Notes: a model not told the origin generated them from the sequence alone. Shown: positions 22,359 to 35,483, counted from the first letter of the stretch. The stretch is 64,000 bases of DNA from Antedon mediterranea (GCF_964355755.1 NC_092676.1:26678871-26742870); one strand, 5' to 3'. Numbers and translations are program-made.

Positions 22359-24579
22359 ACTGATCCAATAGGATCGTTAAAATTTCTAGCTCACCAGATG
22401 TTGTGTTCTTAGCAGATTATGTTCACAGGAAGTATCATAAAAAGAGGCTTCAGAAATGAAAAGGTACTTTGTAGTTGAACCTTGCTTACAAAAGCAATCT
22501 CTAGGTGACTGATGGTTGGAGGATGGAAACTCCCTTGCATCACTAACATCATAAAGCACTCCACATGCCTTCCTGAATTATTTGCAGAGAAAGAGCCTCC
22601 TTCACATCTTGATCTGCAATGGATTCAATTCAGTGGTCCACAAGCCTCCACAACTTGTCCATTTCCGTCCTATAAGGACGTGACCTAAAAGATTATAAAG
22701 AGGATCCTCCTGAAAAGCTTGCCATGATTAGTTTACCTTCAAAATAACATGGACTGTAAATCATTGAACGGATGTGAAGTATGTAGTAATGAATTTACTC
22801 CATGACTAGAGTATTAATTAATCCTGCCAGAATTGTGTCTTTCAAACTGAATTTTCCCGAATATGGTAGTGATATTCCCAAATATGGTAGTGATATTCCG
22901 AACTATGGTAGTGATATTCCCAAATATGGTAGTGATATGACATCATCATATCCATGGGCACATGTAATTGTTTTGATAGTGTAGAAAGGTGTTTCTGGGA
23001 ATAACTGGTTGTTCCGTCCAATCACAATGCACATAATGTGCTTGTAAACACAAATATATGCCTTGAATTGATACAGTAGTATCATGACTTATCCATCCAC
23101 TTATCCATCCACTTAGTGTCAGACTGCAAGTAATATATCCATTGACGAATATGCAATTAGGAGTAGTTGCCACCAGTAATTTAGGAAAACGGCACACTTT
23201 ATACTATATACCTAAAATATGGTATATATTTATTAGTATAAGAATAACCTTATTACTCCATGGAATAACTACATTCAGCTACAAATATGACGTGATTATG
23301 CAGTACACGCAAACGTGATTAATCAGTTTTAAAGATGTGTTTTTGGAAAATGTGGGATGGAATAATGAGATGCTTGTTTTTTATCCTTAACGCCAATTTA
23401 CACAGACGAGAGGTAACGATAATAAATATAGAATCTATTTTATTCCTTATGACAATTTACACACACGCGGACGGACGGTTGGCGCTCAGGACAGATACAG
23501 ATTCTACTCAGTTTTTCACTTGCCGCTCCCCGCTCGTCTGTGTAAGTTGGCCTTTATTTGTGCATGTGCCCTCTATTATTATTTGTTTCTATATTTGCTG
23601 TAATCCTAAGTCGAGTCTGATTTCTCAGATTTTGGAAGTGTTTATCATTTGCGTAATATGGAACTACGCGTGAGGGCACAGTGCGCACACTCAGAAGTGC
23701 GTTTGAAACGGAAATTTCGCTAATTTTATTTCAGTGATATGTATATCTGCCGCCAATCAGACAATAACATATGAATGCTTTGAAATCATGGCGATAAAGT
23801 GCAGAAAAATGCCGAAGCATGAATACAATTCCATTTTCTGTGCCCTTAAAAAGTAATAACAAAAGTGTGAAGTTCAATGGTGACGTGTCAATATAAAGTT
23901 GAATCGCTGATTTTACAGAAAAGAAAATAACGGAAAGTGGGTAACTTGCTTTATTAAGGCTGTGACTTTACTTGTATTATGATGTTGATTAACAAGTGGA
24001 TCTGTTCATGACGAATTTGTTGGCAGAATATCAAAGTTAAAAAACAAATGCACGTCCACCAATTCTCATTCAGTCAATTTTAATAACGAATATAATACAA
24101 CATGAACTGTATTTTCGACAAAATGATTTATGAAATATATGTGAATTTTGTTCATACTAGGTTTTGCAATTTTTTTAAAAATTAATTTTAAAACAAATAC
24201 ACAACATTAAATTAAGTTTTTATTTGATTGTTTTATTTTGTGTATCAACGCAAAATATGTCACTACAAAATGTGAATGAATATGATTTAATGTAAAATAT
24301 TATATCCATTAAAATTGTATATCGACTAATCTGAATAAATATTTACTTTAAATAGTAAATTAATAAACTATACTTAATTATTTTACCGTGTTTGTTATTT
24401 TTATATGCATTCAATTTTTTTTAAGTTTAAAAAAATGCACATTCATGTATTTCGGAATGCATGAATACGCATTTTGGAAGTGTGTTTTCAATAAGTAGGT
24501 CTACATGCATGACGTCATGTAGTGACAGAAGTTTAGACGCGCGCGTTCACATATTGATGCGTGCCAATTGGTGAACGCA

Positions 24580-24899
24580 TTAATAATAATAATATGATAG
24601 TATCCTGGATTTATTTAGCGCCTAATGTTGTGAAACCTCTAAGCGCCTCTAACATTATTACCCCAGTCATTTTTCCTGATCAAACACCTATGGAAACATA
24701 CTCCCATAATGCAATCAGCGCAAAGTTGTGTCTTGATCTAACCTGGTTCCCATTTATACACTGTAAAAAGGGTTATGCACCTGGGTGGAGAGAGGCAAAC
24801 GTAAGTAAAGTATCTTTCCTAAGGATACAAGCAATGCGGCGAGAGTAGGATTCGAACCTCGATCTCACGATCAGTAGATCAGACTGCGCCACACGCCCT
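24580..24899 (-). mobile_element. tRNA-derived SINE (family shared with 51687-51957)
   Basis: Minus strand: ggcgtgtggcgcag..ggttcgaatcc B-box, CORE-like gtatccttaggaaagatacttt, 3' agcgcttagag..gcgctaaataaat and a (TTA)n tail. Confidence 0.8.
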
Positions 24900-25263
24900 T
24901 ACATGAAGTTTGTATCTGTCATGCACTGACCGCATGAGCTCTGTTTTAAACTAATGCGTTATCATGACTTAGGAAAGTCCTGCAAACTTTTTTTTAATAG
25001 AGGATGATATTTTATGACTCAGCGGGGGTAGCCTAGAGGTCTAGGTGATAGCTGTTTGTTAACTTGCTAATAATGCGTAATAATAGAAGTATTACTAATA
25101 TTAACAATCTCCTTCCGACGCTAGGCCTTCGAGTGTTAGTTATTGTATGATAATCTATTAGGCTTATTATTAATAATGTTATTAATATTATTGATTTCTT
25201 TACATGTTACTCACCGTAAATGGAATTAACGCTGTATCTGTATCAAAATTAAATTTAGCATTG

Positions 25264-26473
25264 TGTAACCGCTCTACACACAACACAAAAGATTATCGAC
25301 TTAGGGTTGAGGTGAGCGGGGTTCGAGTTGATTGGGGCAGCGGCACTAGACACACATAGATAATAAATAAAAGAGTACACAATAGTTGGCTTATAGTAGA
25401 TGTGTTATTATTCTAAATCGTAATACAAATTATACAATATGCGACTTATAATTAAGTATGCTTAAAGATTTAGATAACAAGTCAAACTTAAGTTTGTTGA
25501 CAACTGGCAGTGGTCGAGCTTGTCCCCTTTTTGGTGTGGTAAACCCGTTCGAAGTTTGATGCTTATACACTCCACCGATTCCCTCGTCTGGCTGTGGACT
25601 TTACACACAGAATCCAACTTGGGCAATCTTCCCTCAACCTGAATTTGTTGAGCAAGGAATAAGTGTAAATACAACTTCTTTCAGAACGTACAAAAAGTAT
25701 CAGGGAGGACCTGACTGCTCTCAATAGATTTAGAGTTGAGTTGTCTACTACGGTAGCCTTTTTGTATTTAATTCCTATAACTACAGAATTCTCTATACAG
25801 GCTTCATTCAAGGATAATTTAGGATTAGCTAATAAATCATAGCCTAGTGAGTATATAATGACAGGGTCTTATTACTACACTCTAACTTACATATAAACAT
25901 ACAATCAATACGATATAAGGTGGTCAAACATATAGTACATATTTACAATATATCAAGTTGTATCTAAGATAATAAATTCATTGCTGGACAACGAGCAATG
26001 ATAAACATAAAAGTAGTATCCTATATGTAGTTAACAAGTACAACTAAAGGACTTAGCTATGTTACTTACGCTACAAAATAATAAGTTTATGTTGGTTATC
26101 TTACCTGAATTTGTTGAGCAAGGAATAAGTGTAAATACAACTTCTTTCAGAACGTACAAAAAGTATCAGGGAGGACCTGACTGCTCTCAATAGATTTAGA
26201 GTTGAGTTGTGATTTTTCCCAACTCTGCAGTCTTTTTTATATGTCTTGGCCCCACCCTGTTGTTCCGAAATACATTCCTGGACCATTATCTAATGGTAGA
26301 TGATGGTGGCCCTATTTCCTTATTTGGAGTTTGATCAGCTAATAGTTTATCCTTAAAATAATTAGCTCATACTTAAAGTATGTTGGTCAGTACTTTCTTT
26401 GTTTGTAAGGAAGTAGGAATGTGTAAATGTTGCAATTTCCTTGGACTGGCACACTTTTGTGGCCTGGGTTACA
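25264..26473 (-). repeat. 3' LTR
   Basis: TG...CA termini. Preceded on the minus strand by the purine-rich tract GGCAGGGTGAG (26474-26484). Confidence 0.95.
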
Positions 26474-26694
26474 CTCACCCTGCCAAAATATTCGTCCGTC
26501 CCCGGACGACGCTCAACAAACTCAATGGTAACCAACATTTACATTAAAAGTAGTGCTTAACTACGTCACCATTTAGTTTTTTGATCGTAATTCACCTAAT
26601 ACATAAAATATACAGTGAAAAAAAAATATTACATTGAAAAGGAATCAAAATTGGCGTGTATATATAAACATATAGTAAAAATAACATTATAAAA

Positions 26695-29600
26695 TTAATT
26701 CGGCTTAGAGCCTCTTAAAAGTGATAATTGAGATTGCATCATATCAGCAAACATTTGGTTTTGCATCCCAATGACTTGGACCACCATATTAGAAGTTGAT
26801 GTAACTTGTTGGCCGGGAGCAAAATAACCTAACCTTTCTGGCTGTGTTCTTAGCCGTTTAGGACGTAAGGTATCATCTGTATTAGCCTGTGGTTCGTGGA
26901 CATCGGGTTGAATATCAGGCTCATTATTAGCATTATCAATATTAACATTATCATTGTTGTCTAAATTATGAATAACAGCATCTTCGAAATCATTAATATC
27001 ATGGTTAACTATTACATCTTCCTCATTGATCTGAGGTTCTATTTCGTTAACAATTGGGGTGTCAATAATAGTTTTAGCCACGTTTTGGTCATTACCCAGA
27101 TTAGGAGGTATAGATGGATCTGTTGGTTGTTGAAGTGTGCGAACTGAATTTGGAATGTAATAATCTAAATCACTATCACTTGTTTCATGTCCAGATAGTT
27201 CTGGCTGTGGGACAGTTGACTTAGGCGTTTTGTGCCCTTGTCGAGTGACAGGCTTTCTCTGTCTTTGTTTTTCTTTAGTACCACTTTTAGGGGGAGTTTC
27301 CTTTGCTGTAGCAAACCTACATGGGAGTAGCATATTTCTATGCAATGTTCTAGTAGGACCATCACTATCTTCAGGTTCTATCTTGTACACAGGGTTGTCC
27401 CCTATTTGTTCCAAAACCACATAAATAGTTTCTTCCCACCTATCAGCAAGTTTATGTTTACCCCTTAAGCGCACATTTTTTACTAGTACCCTATCACCCT
27501 TGCAAATAGTGCATTCACGCACTTTACTATCATATCGGGCTTTATTGGCATTAGCTTTCTTGGTTGCCATTTCCTGGGCTAATTTGTGTGCTGTTTCTAG
27601 GCGATGTCGTAATTTGTCGGCATATCCCCTTGGAGAAAGTGAACCATTTTGATTTGGGTCAATACCTAGTTGGATGTCAATTGGGAGGCGGGCTTCTCTA
27701 CCAAACATTAAATAATATGGGGACATTCCCGTAGCATCATTCTTAGTACAATTGTATGCATGCACTAAGGGTGCAACATGGTCTCGCCAATGTTCTTTCT
27801 TTTGGTTTTCTAGAGTGCCTAGCATTTTAAGCAGGGTTTGGTTAAACCGTTCTACCTGACCATTACCCTGGGGATGGTATGGGGTTGTACGAGATTTTCT
27901 TACTCCTAAATATTTACATAAATCTTGGATAACTTTTGATTCGAAATCTCTGCCTTGATCTGAATGTAATTGTTTTGGAAAGCCATAATGTTGAAAGACA
28001 TTATTCCACAGAGCTTTTGCTACTGTGGGGGCTTTTTGGTCCTTAGTTGGGATAGCAATAGCATATCTAGTGAAATGGTCAGTCACAACTAATACATTTC
28101 TAGTATCCTTAGAATCAGGTTCTATAGACAGAAAGTCAATACACATTAATTCCATAGGCATGGTGGTTCTGACACTAACTAGGGGGGCTGCTTTGGTAGC
28201 ACGGGCCTTTCTTCGGACACATCGTTCACAACACCTACATTTATCTTCAATTTGGGAGGACATACGAGGCCAATAAAATCTGGATCGGGCAAGATCCAAG
28301 GTCCGTTCCATCCCAGGGTGACCAATGTCATCATGTAAGCCAGTAAATGCTTTATCTCTATAAGCGGTTGGAAGTACTAATTGCAATTGCATAGCTCCGA
28401 TATTATTTACAAATTGGCGGTATAGAATATTATCTTTTACCAATAATTTATCAAACTGTCTCAGGAGTAGCCTAGTTTCCTCGGGTAATTTTGTGAGTTC
28501 ATCTTGTGTAGGTTTCCGTTTGTTATATACAAATTTAAAAATAGGTTTTATATTAGGGTCTTGTTGTTGATGCTCTACCCACTCCGCTGCAGTAACATTA
28601 GGCAAGGTTGACTGCCCATCTATAGGCCTAATAGGGTTATCATAGATGGCGGGGATTGCATCAGGAGAATCACTAACTGACTCAACTAAGGGTGTTGTAT
28701 CATTAGGTATAGTAGACTTATTAACTATTTTAGCATTACAGACTGCTGTGAACGAACAGGATGAAAATTTTACTCTACCTAACACTTCGTCAGCTTTCTC
28801 TTGATATTGTTCGTATTCAAAGTCATTGGAAGGGGGGTCATGTGGGCGACGACTAAGACCGTCTGCATCTTGATTGTTTCTACCTGCTTTGTATTTAATA
28901 TCAAAGTTGTAATTGACCAGGGCGGCAAGCCACCTTTGACCTGTAGCGTCAAGCTTAGCTGTCGTCAACACGTACGTTAAGGGGTTATTATCGGTGTAAA
29001 TTACAAATCGTTGACCATAAAGATAGTCAGTAAATTTCTCAGTCACCGCCCATTTTAGGGCAAGAAACTCTAATTTATGAGCAGGATAATTTGCTTCACT
29101 TTTGGATAACCCACGACTAGCATAGGCAATTACCCTCTTTATCCCATTTATCTCTTGATATAGGGCTGCACCTAACCCGCTTGTGCTAGCGTCGGTATGT
29201 AGAATAAATGGTGAATTGTAGTCTGCGAATCCTAATATAGGGGCTGAAGACAATTTATCTATTAGTACATCAAATGCCACCTGACATGATTCGGACCAGT
29301 TAGTACCAAATGGGGTATTAGGACTAGGGCGCCTTTCTGAGGGAGTATTGGATTTAGGTTTTTTGAACGTTTTACCTCGTTTACGTATTGGGTCATACTT
29401 AGTCATAAGTTGGTTTAATGGTTTGGCAATATGGCTATAATGCTGTATAAATCGTCGATAATAACCAGCAAAACCTAGAAATGATTTCAATTCTTTTACA
29501 TTTGAGGGGCGGGGCCAAGATTTGACAGCCTCTACCTTATCTGGGTCAGTGCTTACCCCATCCTCTGAAATGACATGGCCCAAGCACTTAATGGAAGTTT

Positions 29601-31240
29601 GGGCAAAATTGCACTTGTCTGGATTTAGTTTCAAGCCATACTCTTCAAGCCTAGATAATACTTTGTCTAACTTAGCTAGGTGTTCGTCTAGTGTGGTTGA
29701 AAAAACTAGTAAGTCATCTAAATAAACTAGAACGTCGGAGAATGTTAACTCCCCCATGCACTTCTCCATTAGTCGCTGGAAGGTGGCGGGGGCATTAGTG
29801 ATCCCTTGGGGCATTCGGTTAAATTCATAGAATCCCAATGGGCACCAAAATGCAGTTTTTGCTTTATCCTCCTCAGCCATTTCAATTTGGTAATAGCCTG
29901 ATTTGAGGTCAAGACATGAGAACCATTTGGCACCACGTAAGGTTGTAAGGGCATCTTCAATGTTGGGGACGTTGTATTGGTCCCTAACCGTCCTAGAATT
30001 TAGAAGTCTGTAATCTATACATAATCGAATTTCGTTAGTCTTCTTTTTCCTGACTAATACTATAGGAGAACTATACTGGCTTTCGGACTCTCTAATGATA
30101 TTCTTCCTTAATAAATCTTGAATGTGGTCCCTAGCATCATTGAAATCAGATGGGGGTATCCTCCTACAAGGTTGACGGAATGGGGTGTCATTAGTTAGGT
30201 GTATTTTATGTTTTACAGCCGAAGTTCTCCCTATATCTAAATCATTCTTTGAAAAAAACATTCGGATGATTATTAAGTAAATTAATAAATTTCGCCTTAT
30301 CTATATGTGAAATTGGCGAGCTATCAAAATTAAAATTGTTTGAGGCCGTACTTGAGTTACAGTGAACTTCCGGACTGTGATGCGTTATAGACTGGGGGAT
30401 GAAAGCAGTGGCAATCTTAAAGTTTCTATTTAGCCTAATTTCTTTACTAGAATTTGACAAAGGAACTCTAAGTTTAACTGGGCCCATATGTTCTAACTTG
30501 ACTATTAAGGGTGTGATTAAAAGCCCTCCAGGAAGTGGGGTATCCGGGGATGCTTCAATTAACACATCTAAGTTAGGGTGTACTGTGTTCTTTATAACAC
30601 ATTCTACCTCTACTATTTTTCCTCTAGGTATTGTCATAGGAGAACATATTTTAACGGGGCCTAGTTTATCTTTCTTAGCCTTATCCTCTTTATACACTTC
30701 AGCCCAAGCAGAGTGTATGGGGCCTACTTTCCTTCCCTTTTTCTTAGTATTTGTCCAGCCAGTGGCCAGATCCCGAACTATACTGGTGTTGGTGCCCATT
30801 AACATAGACAGTCCCTTCCCTAATTTGGGGCACACTAAAGCTAATGTTGGGAATTGTTTAGTATAGCCCGTCTGGACTTTAGGAAACGTTAAATTGACCT
30901 CTATATAACCTAGATAAGGTACGTTCTGACCGCCAGCACCAGTTACTATTAAATCGGTTAATGGGTATATAGGCTTATCCCTTAATTTATCTTTATAAAA
31001 GTCTTCACTGATACATGTAACCTGCGAGCCTGTATCTAACATTGCATTACATATATGACCGTCAACAATTATTGTTACGACACTAGGGTCGCCTATAAGA
31101 TTATTAGTTTGTGATATTGCACTATGGAGTAAATTATTGGATGTTTTTGTTCCAGTGTTTCCCTTTCTCTTTTGTTGGGACCTTTTTACTGATGGGGCAG
31201 ACCGTTGTCCCTTCTTCCCGGATGCCCTCTGCCGTTTCCC
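26695..31240 (-). CDS. pol: Pol polyprotein (protease-RT-RNase H-integrase), with one extra base at about 30252-30258
   Basis: Protease LDTGS; RT LDLKSGYYQ and YLDD; RNase H TDAS, ELEF-like KLEFLAL, TDNNPL; integrase HDDIGH..CRCCERC with D-D-E (CIDF, HSDQG, VERFN). The -1 frame is open from the slippery site at 31240 to the protease. Confidence 0.93.
31165..31240 (-). promoter_or_regulatory. Programmed -1 ribosomal frameshift signal (G GGA AAC plus downstream structure)
   Basis: Heptamer at 31240-31234 is phased X XXY YYZ in the gag frame and pol is in the -1 frame. A 6-nt spacer precedes a GGGCA..TGCCC stem whose loop GGGAC is complementary to a downstream GTCCC. Confidence 0.75.
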
Positions 31241-32514
31241 GCCTGATTAAACCGTTTGACCAATTTCTGCTGTACTAATGTGGCATTAGTTGGGTTGGGA
31301 CAACCCCTCATGTGGTGCCCATCCTCGCCACAATTATAACATATTTTAGGCCTAGTGTTTGGCGCAGGTGAAGAACGCGTTTTTGGGTTAGGGGTGGACT
31401 CTGGTGGGCTTGGTGTTGATTTGAGGTGATGTAGCTCAGTTCTAAGAACTTCTACCTCATGGCTAAGGGCTTCATAGCTACATAACGCAGCCTTGGCACT
31501 AACTGCCTTAGGTGTTCGCTTTTCTGCCCTAGCCCTACTATTAATTTCCTCACTTCTAACTTCTTTAATCAGTGTTAAATAAGTAGGGGGATTTGATTTG
31601 CGTTGTTTCAGGTTTAATGTAGATGATAGCATCTCGTCATATACTAGCCCACGGACAAATTGAGCTAGTCTCATATGGTCAGCCTTTGCTACCCCAACTG
31701 CCCCAGCCTTTGTTGCCCTAGTTAGATTTTCATCTAGGCGCATTAAAAATTTAGAGGGCAGTTCCCCTTCCGACTGATATGTCTCCCTAAATAGAGTATA
31801 GAGGTCATCTGCATCCACTGCCAAACCATAGACCTCATTAAGTACATCATGGCATTCCCTAGCAGTTGATTTATCAGTCACTTTATTTAGGATATTAAGT
31901 GCTGGAGGAAAGAGACTTTGACTTAAGATGCTCTTTTGTTCAGCCTGTGATAAGCTATCATCCCTTAAAAGTTGTTGGACTAGTTGAGACCAAGTCTCAA
32001 AGTCTACCTCATTTGAAGGGATTGGCACCCGTCCCGAAAACTGTCGTAACCGACGAACACCGGCCGTACGGGGCACGTTGTTGCCTATTAGGTGTTTTAC
32101 TACTACTTCTTTGGTGTCGGAGGGGATGGAATCTAGCCTAAGATCGTTCAGGGTTTTCCCATGTTCTAAGAGAAATTTTTGTAGTTGTCCCTGGAAATCT
32201 GTGGGTAGGATATGGGTGTCCTTTTCTGGGGTCTTCCCATCCCATTTTATAATAGTCCAGGTTTCGTTATCTGTGTGGTCAATGGTTGTGGGGATATTTA
32301 GATCTACTACAGGTTTGGAAAACGAAAGTAGTAATTGAAAAGTGATATCTGTTTCATCTATAACTTCAACAACCTGGGATCGATCTATTTCTTTGAATGC
32401 ATTAGGTATTCTATCGTGACTATAATTGGCCTTCAATACACCCCTTAATGCAATAGCATGACTAGGATCGACCTTGTGTTTAATACACCAGTCATATATA
32501 TCCATGGTATACAA
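31186..32514 (-). CDS. gag: Gag, PNMA-like capsid with CCHC zinc knuckle
   Basis: DWC..HKVDPSHAI N-terminus, RRLRQFSG..P..EVDFETW, YQSEGELPSKFLMRL, and knuckle CYNCGEDGHHMRGC. Confidence 0.92.
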   Translation of the reverse strand: MYTMDIYDWCIKHKVDPSHAIALRGVLKANYSHDRIPNAFKEIDRSQVVEVIDETDITFQLLLSFSKPVVDLNIPTTIDHTDNETWTIIKWDGKTPEKDTHILPTDFQGQLQKFLLEHGKTLNDLRLDSIPSDTKEVVVKHLIGNNVPRTAGVRRLRQFSGRVPIPSNEVDFETWSQLVQQLLRDDSLSQAEQKSILSQSLFPPALNILNKVTDKSTARECHDVLNEVYGLAVDADDLYTLFRETYQSEGELPSKFLMRLDENLTRATKAGAVGVAKADHMRLAQFVRGLVYDEMLSSTLNLKQRKSNPPTYLTLIKEVRSEEINSRARAEKRTPKAVSAKAALCSYEALSHEVEVLRTELHHLKSTPSPPESTPNPKTRSSPAPNTRPKICYNCGEDGHHMRGCPNPTNATLVQQKLVKRFNQAGNGRGHPGRRDNGLPHQ

Positions 32515-32710
32515 AATAAGAAGTTACAATTGTAAATTAAAATAAGTGAAATTACGATCAAATATTACAAATTGTAAAACAATAATTAGATATATAAGGG
32601 TACAAAAATATTATAAAGTAAAATTGAAAAGCATGAAATATAATACAATGATAAAAATATGCAATATAGTATATAATTATAAATTTATTATCTAACTAGT
32701 GCCTTTTCAA

Positions 32711-32728
32711 GCCCCACATTGGGCGCCA
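32711..32728 (-). promoter_or_regulatory. Primer binding site complementary to tRNA-Lys(CUU)
   Basis: TGGCGCCCAATGTGGGGC lies 7 nt inside the 5' LTR and differs by one base from the classical Lys1,2 PBS TGGCGCCCAACGTGGGGC. Confidence 0.85.
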
Positions 32729-32735
32729 GTTTTTA

Positions 32736-33945
32736 TGTAACCGCTCTACACACAACACAAAAGATTATCGACTTAGGGTTGAGGTGAGCGGGGTTCGAGT
32801 TGATTGGGGCAGCGGCACTAGACACACATAGATAATAAATAAAAGAGTACACAATAGTTGGCTTATAGTAGATGTGTTATTATTCTAAATCGTAATACAA
32901 ATTATACAATATGCGACTTATAATTAAGTATGCTTAAAGATTTAGATAACAAGTCAAACTTAAGTTTGTTGACAACTGGCAGTGGTCGAGCTTGTCCCCT
33001 TTTTGGTGTGGTAAACCCGTTCGAAGTTTGATGCTTATACACTCCACCGATTCCCTCGTCTGGCTGTGGACTTTACACACAGAATCCAACTTGGGCAATC
33101 TTCCCTCAACCTGAATTTGTTGAGCAAGGAATAAGTGTAAATACAACTTCTTTCAGAACGTACAAAAAGTATCAGGGAGGACCTGACTGCTCTCAATAGA
33201 TTTAGAGTTGAGTTGTCTACTACGGTAGCCTTTTTGTATTTAATTCCTATAACTACAGAATTCTCTATACAGGCTTCATTCAAGGATAATTTAGGATTAG
33301 CTAATAAATCATAGCCTAGTGAGTATATAATGACAGGGTCTTATTACTACACTCTAACTTACATATAAACATACAATCAATACGATATAAGGTGGTCAAA
33401 CATATAGTACATATTTACAATATATCAAGTTGTATCTAAGATAATAAATTCATTGCTGGACAACGAGCAATGATAAACATAAAAGTAGTATCCTATATGT
33501 AGTTAACAAGTACAACTAAAGGACTTAGCTATGTTACTTACGCTACAAAATAATAAGTTTATGTTGGTTATCTTACCTGAATTTGTTGAGCAAGGAATAA
33601 GTGTAAATACAACTTCTTTCAGAACGTACAAAAAGTATCAGGGAGGACCTGACTGCTCTCAATAGATTTAGAGTTGAGTTGTGATTTTTCCCAACTCTGC
33701 AGTCTTTTTTATATGTCTTGGCCCCACCCTGTTGTTCCGAAATACATTCCTGGACCATTATCTAATGGTAGATGATGGTGGCCCTATTTCCTTATTTGGA
33801 GTTTGATCAGCTAATAGTTTATCCTTAAAATAATTAGCTCATACTTAAAGTATGTTGGTCAGTACTTTCTTTGTTTGTAAGGAAGTAGGAATGTGTAAAT
33901 GTTGCAATTTCCTTGGACTGGCACACTTTTGTGGCCTGGGTTACA
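32736..33945 (-). repeat. 5' LTR
   Basis: Copy of 25264-26473. TATAAAA on the minus strand at 33713-33707. Confidence 0.95.
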
Positions 33946-35483
33946 ATTGTATTCGTAATTTTCACCTCATTTCACCATTTGAGGAAACACTGTTGAGAAG
34001 TGTTTTTTTTTCTTCCAAAATGCGATTAAATCTCGACTCAAAGCCAAATCACATTTAACAAAGTCTACAGTTGCGTAATTCATATAATTTGGATATTTTA
34101 ATATGAAAAATATAAATTCCATCCTCTTTTGAGACGACTTAAAAAGAAAATTCCTGGACATAAATTGATCTTCTGAATTCAGAGTCATATCGAGGTTATC
34201 CTTCATTATAACATAAACTTACAGTATTAATACATAACTTTCACTTTCGATGAACATAGAAATGTTAAAACGATCATCATGTTTAGCATTAGCCACTTGT
34301 TTAACAAGTAGAAACCCACTCAGGTATTCCATTATTATTGAGACCTAATAATGTTATAAATACAGTATGATTAAACCGTCTGTAGAGATTAAAGGTTTGA
34401 AGTAAAGACAAGCAGAAAAAAGTATTAGAAGTAAAAAGCTAGCAAAACATATCAATAACGTGCGTATGTAGACTCCAGCCTTTCTATACCCGTTCTATTG
34501 GTGGTAAGGGGATGTGTTATCTCATTCTAATCATAAATCCAGTATATCAAACCGTCTGTATAGATTAAAGGCTTAAAGTAAAGGCAAGCAGAAAAAAATA
34601 GTAGAAGTCAAAAACTAGTCAACCCCCACCCCAAAATTTTTATCTGTAGGCCTACATAATATTTATAAATATATATTTTTTAGATTAAATTTTAATGATT
34701 GTTCAATTTGATGCCTCGCAAGCTCTGACTACACTATCAAACTAGTTTTACAAAAACAAAATGTGATGAGCCTTTATGGTAGTGATATGCTCAAATATGA
34801 TTGTGATATGATTCCCACTAGGACGTAAATGCAATGTAATAGAGCTGACCAATGGCAAACGACAGTTCGAATAATTCATCGCTTGTGATTGGTCAACTCA
34901 CTTACGCTGCGTTATGTCCTTACGTGTTGCGTCTCTACAAGCATATATAATATATAGCCACATCACATGTTTTTGTCGGGATAGTGTAGACAGAGCTATA
35001 GGCTTAGGTTTGTTTTTAATATTGTTAATAATAAGTCCCTGGTTACTAATAAGTTTTTTCATGACGTCATATAGTACTCAATATGGATATAAAGGGAGTA
35101 ATTCAGGATGGGACTGACCTGGTAAATGAATCACGTGACTAAAATATGGAATATTAGATAAGCTACACAGAAGATATTCTTAACTTAACTTAACAGACCT
35201 TGATGGAATGGCATTTCTATCGTATTTCAGTTTAATTTATAAATATATAGGTCTATAAAAAGCAAAGTAACTTTGGTTCAATCTTGCATTGGGCCTAACA
35301 AACATAAAGGTATGCTGATAATTTAACAGCGAACACATTCAATTGATTAAAAGGTGGTTCAGAGTTTTCAAAAAGAGGCTTTTACTGCTGACAAAAAATA
35401 ATTGGGGCTAATGTCAATTTTGTCACTTATTCCCAACCATCATTATGTACCAAAATAATTGTTCCTATCTTCTCACAATCTCC

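Larger units (their letters stand above)
25264..33945 (-). mobile_element. Full-length Ty3/Gypsy LTR retrotransposon, recent insertion
   Basis: Two 1210-bp LTRs (25264-26473 and 32736-33945) with TGTAACC...GGTTACA ends and no mismatch noticed by eye. 4-bp TSD ATTG (25260-25263 and 33946-33949). PBS, polypurine tract and gag-PR-RT-RH-IN order. Confidence 0.97.

Noticed and set aside
25462-26286. Small ORFs in the LTR as accessory or env genes
   Set aside because: Short, lacking TM or signal features, and simply duplicated with the LTR. Only about 220 nt separate the pol stop from the 3' LTR, leaving no room for env.
30399-30866. 155-aa antisense ORF in pol
   Set aside because: Shadow frame of the pol sequence with no recognisable motif.
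34366-34620. Short ~75-bp direct repeat pair (similar small pairs at 45575-45735 and 47745-47806)
   Set aside because: Ordinary local duplications with no further structure.
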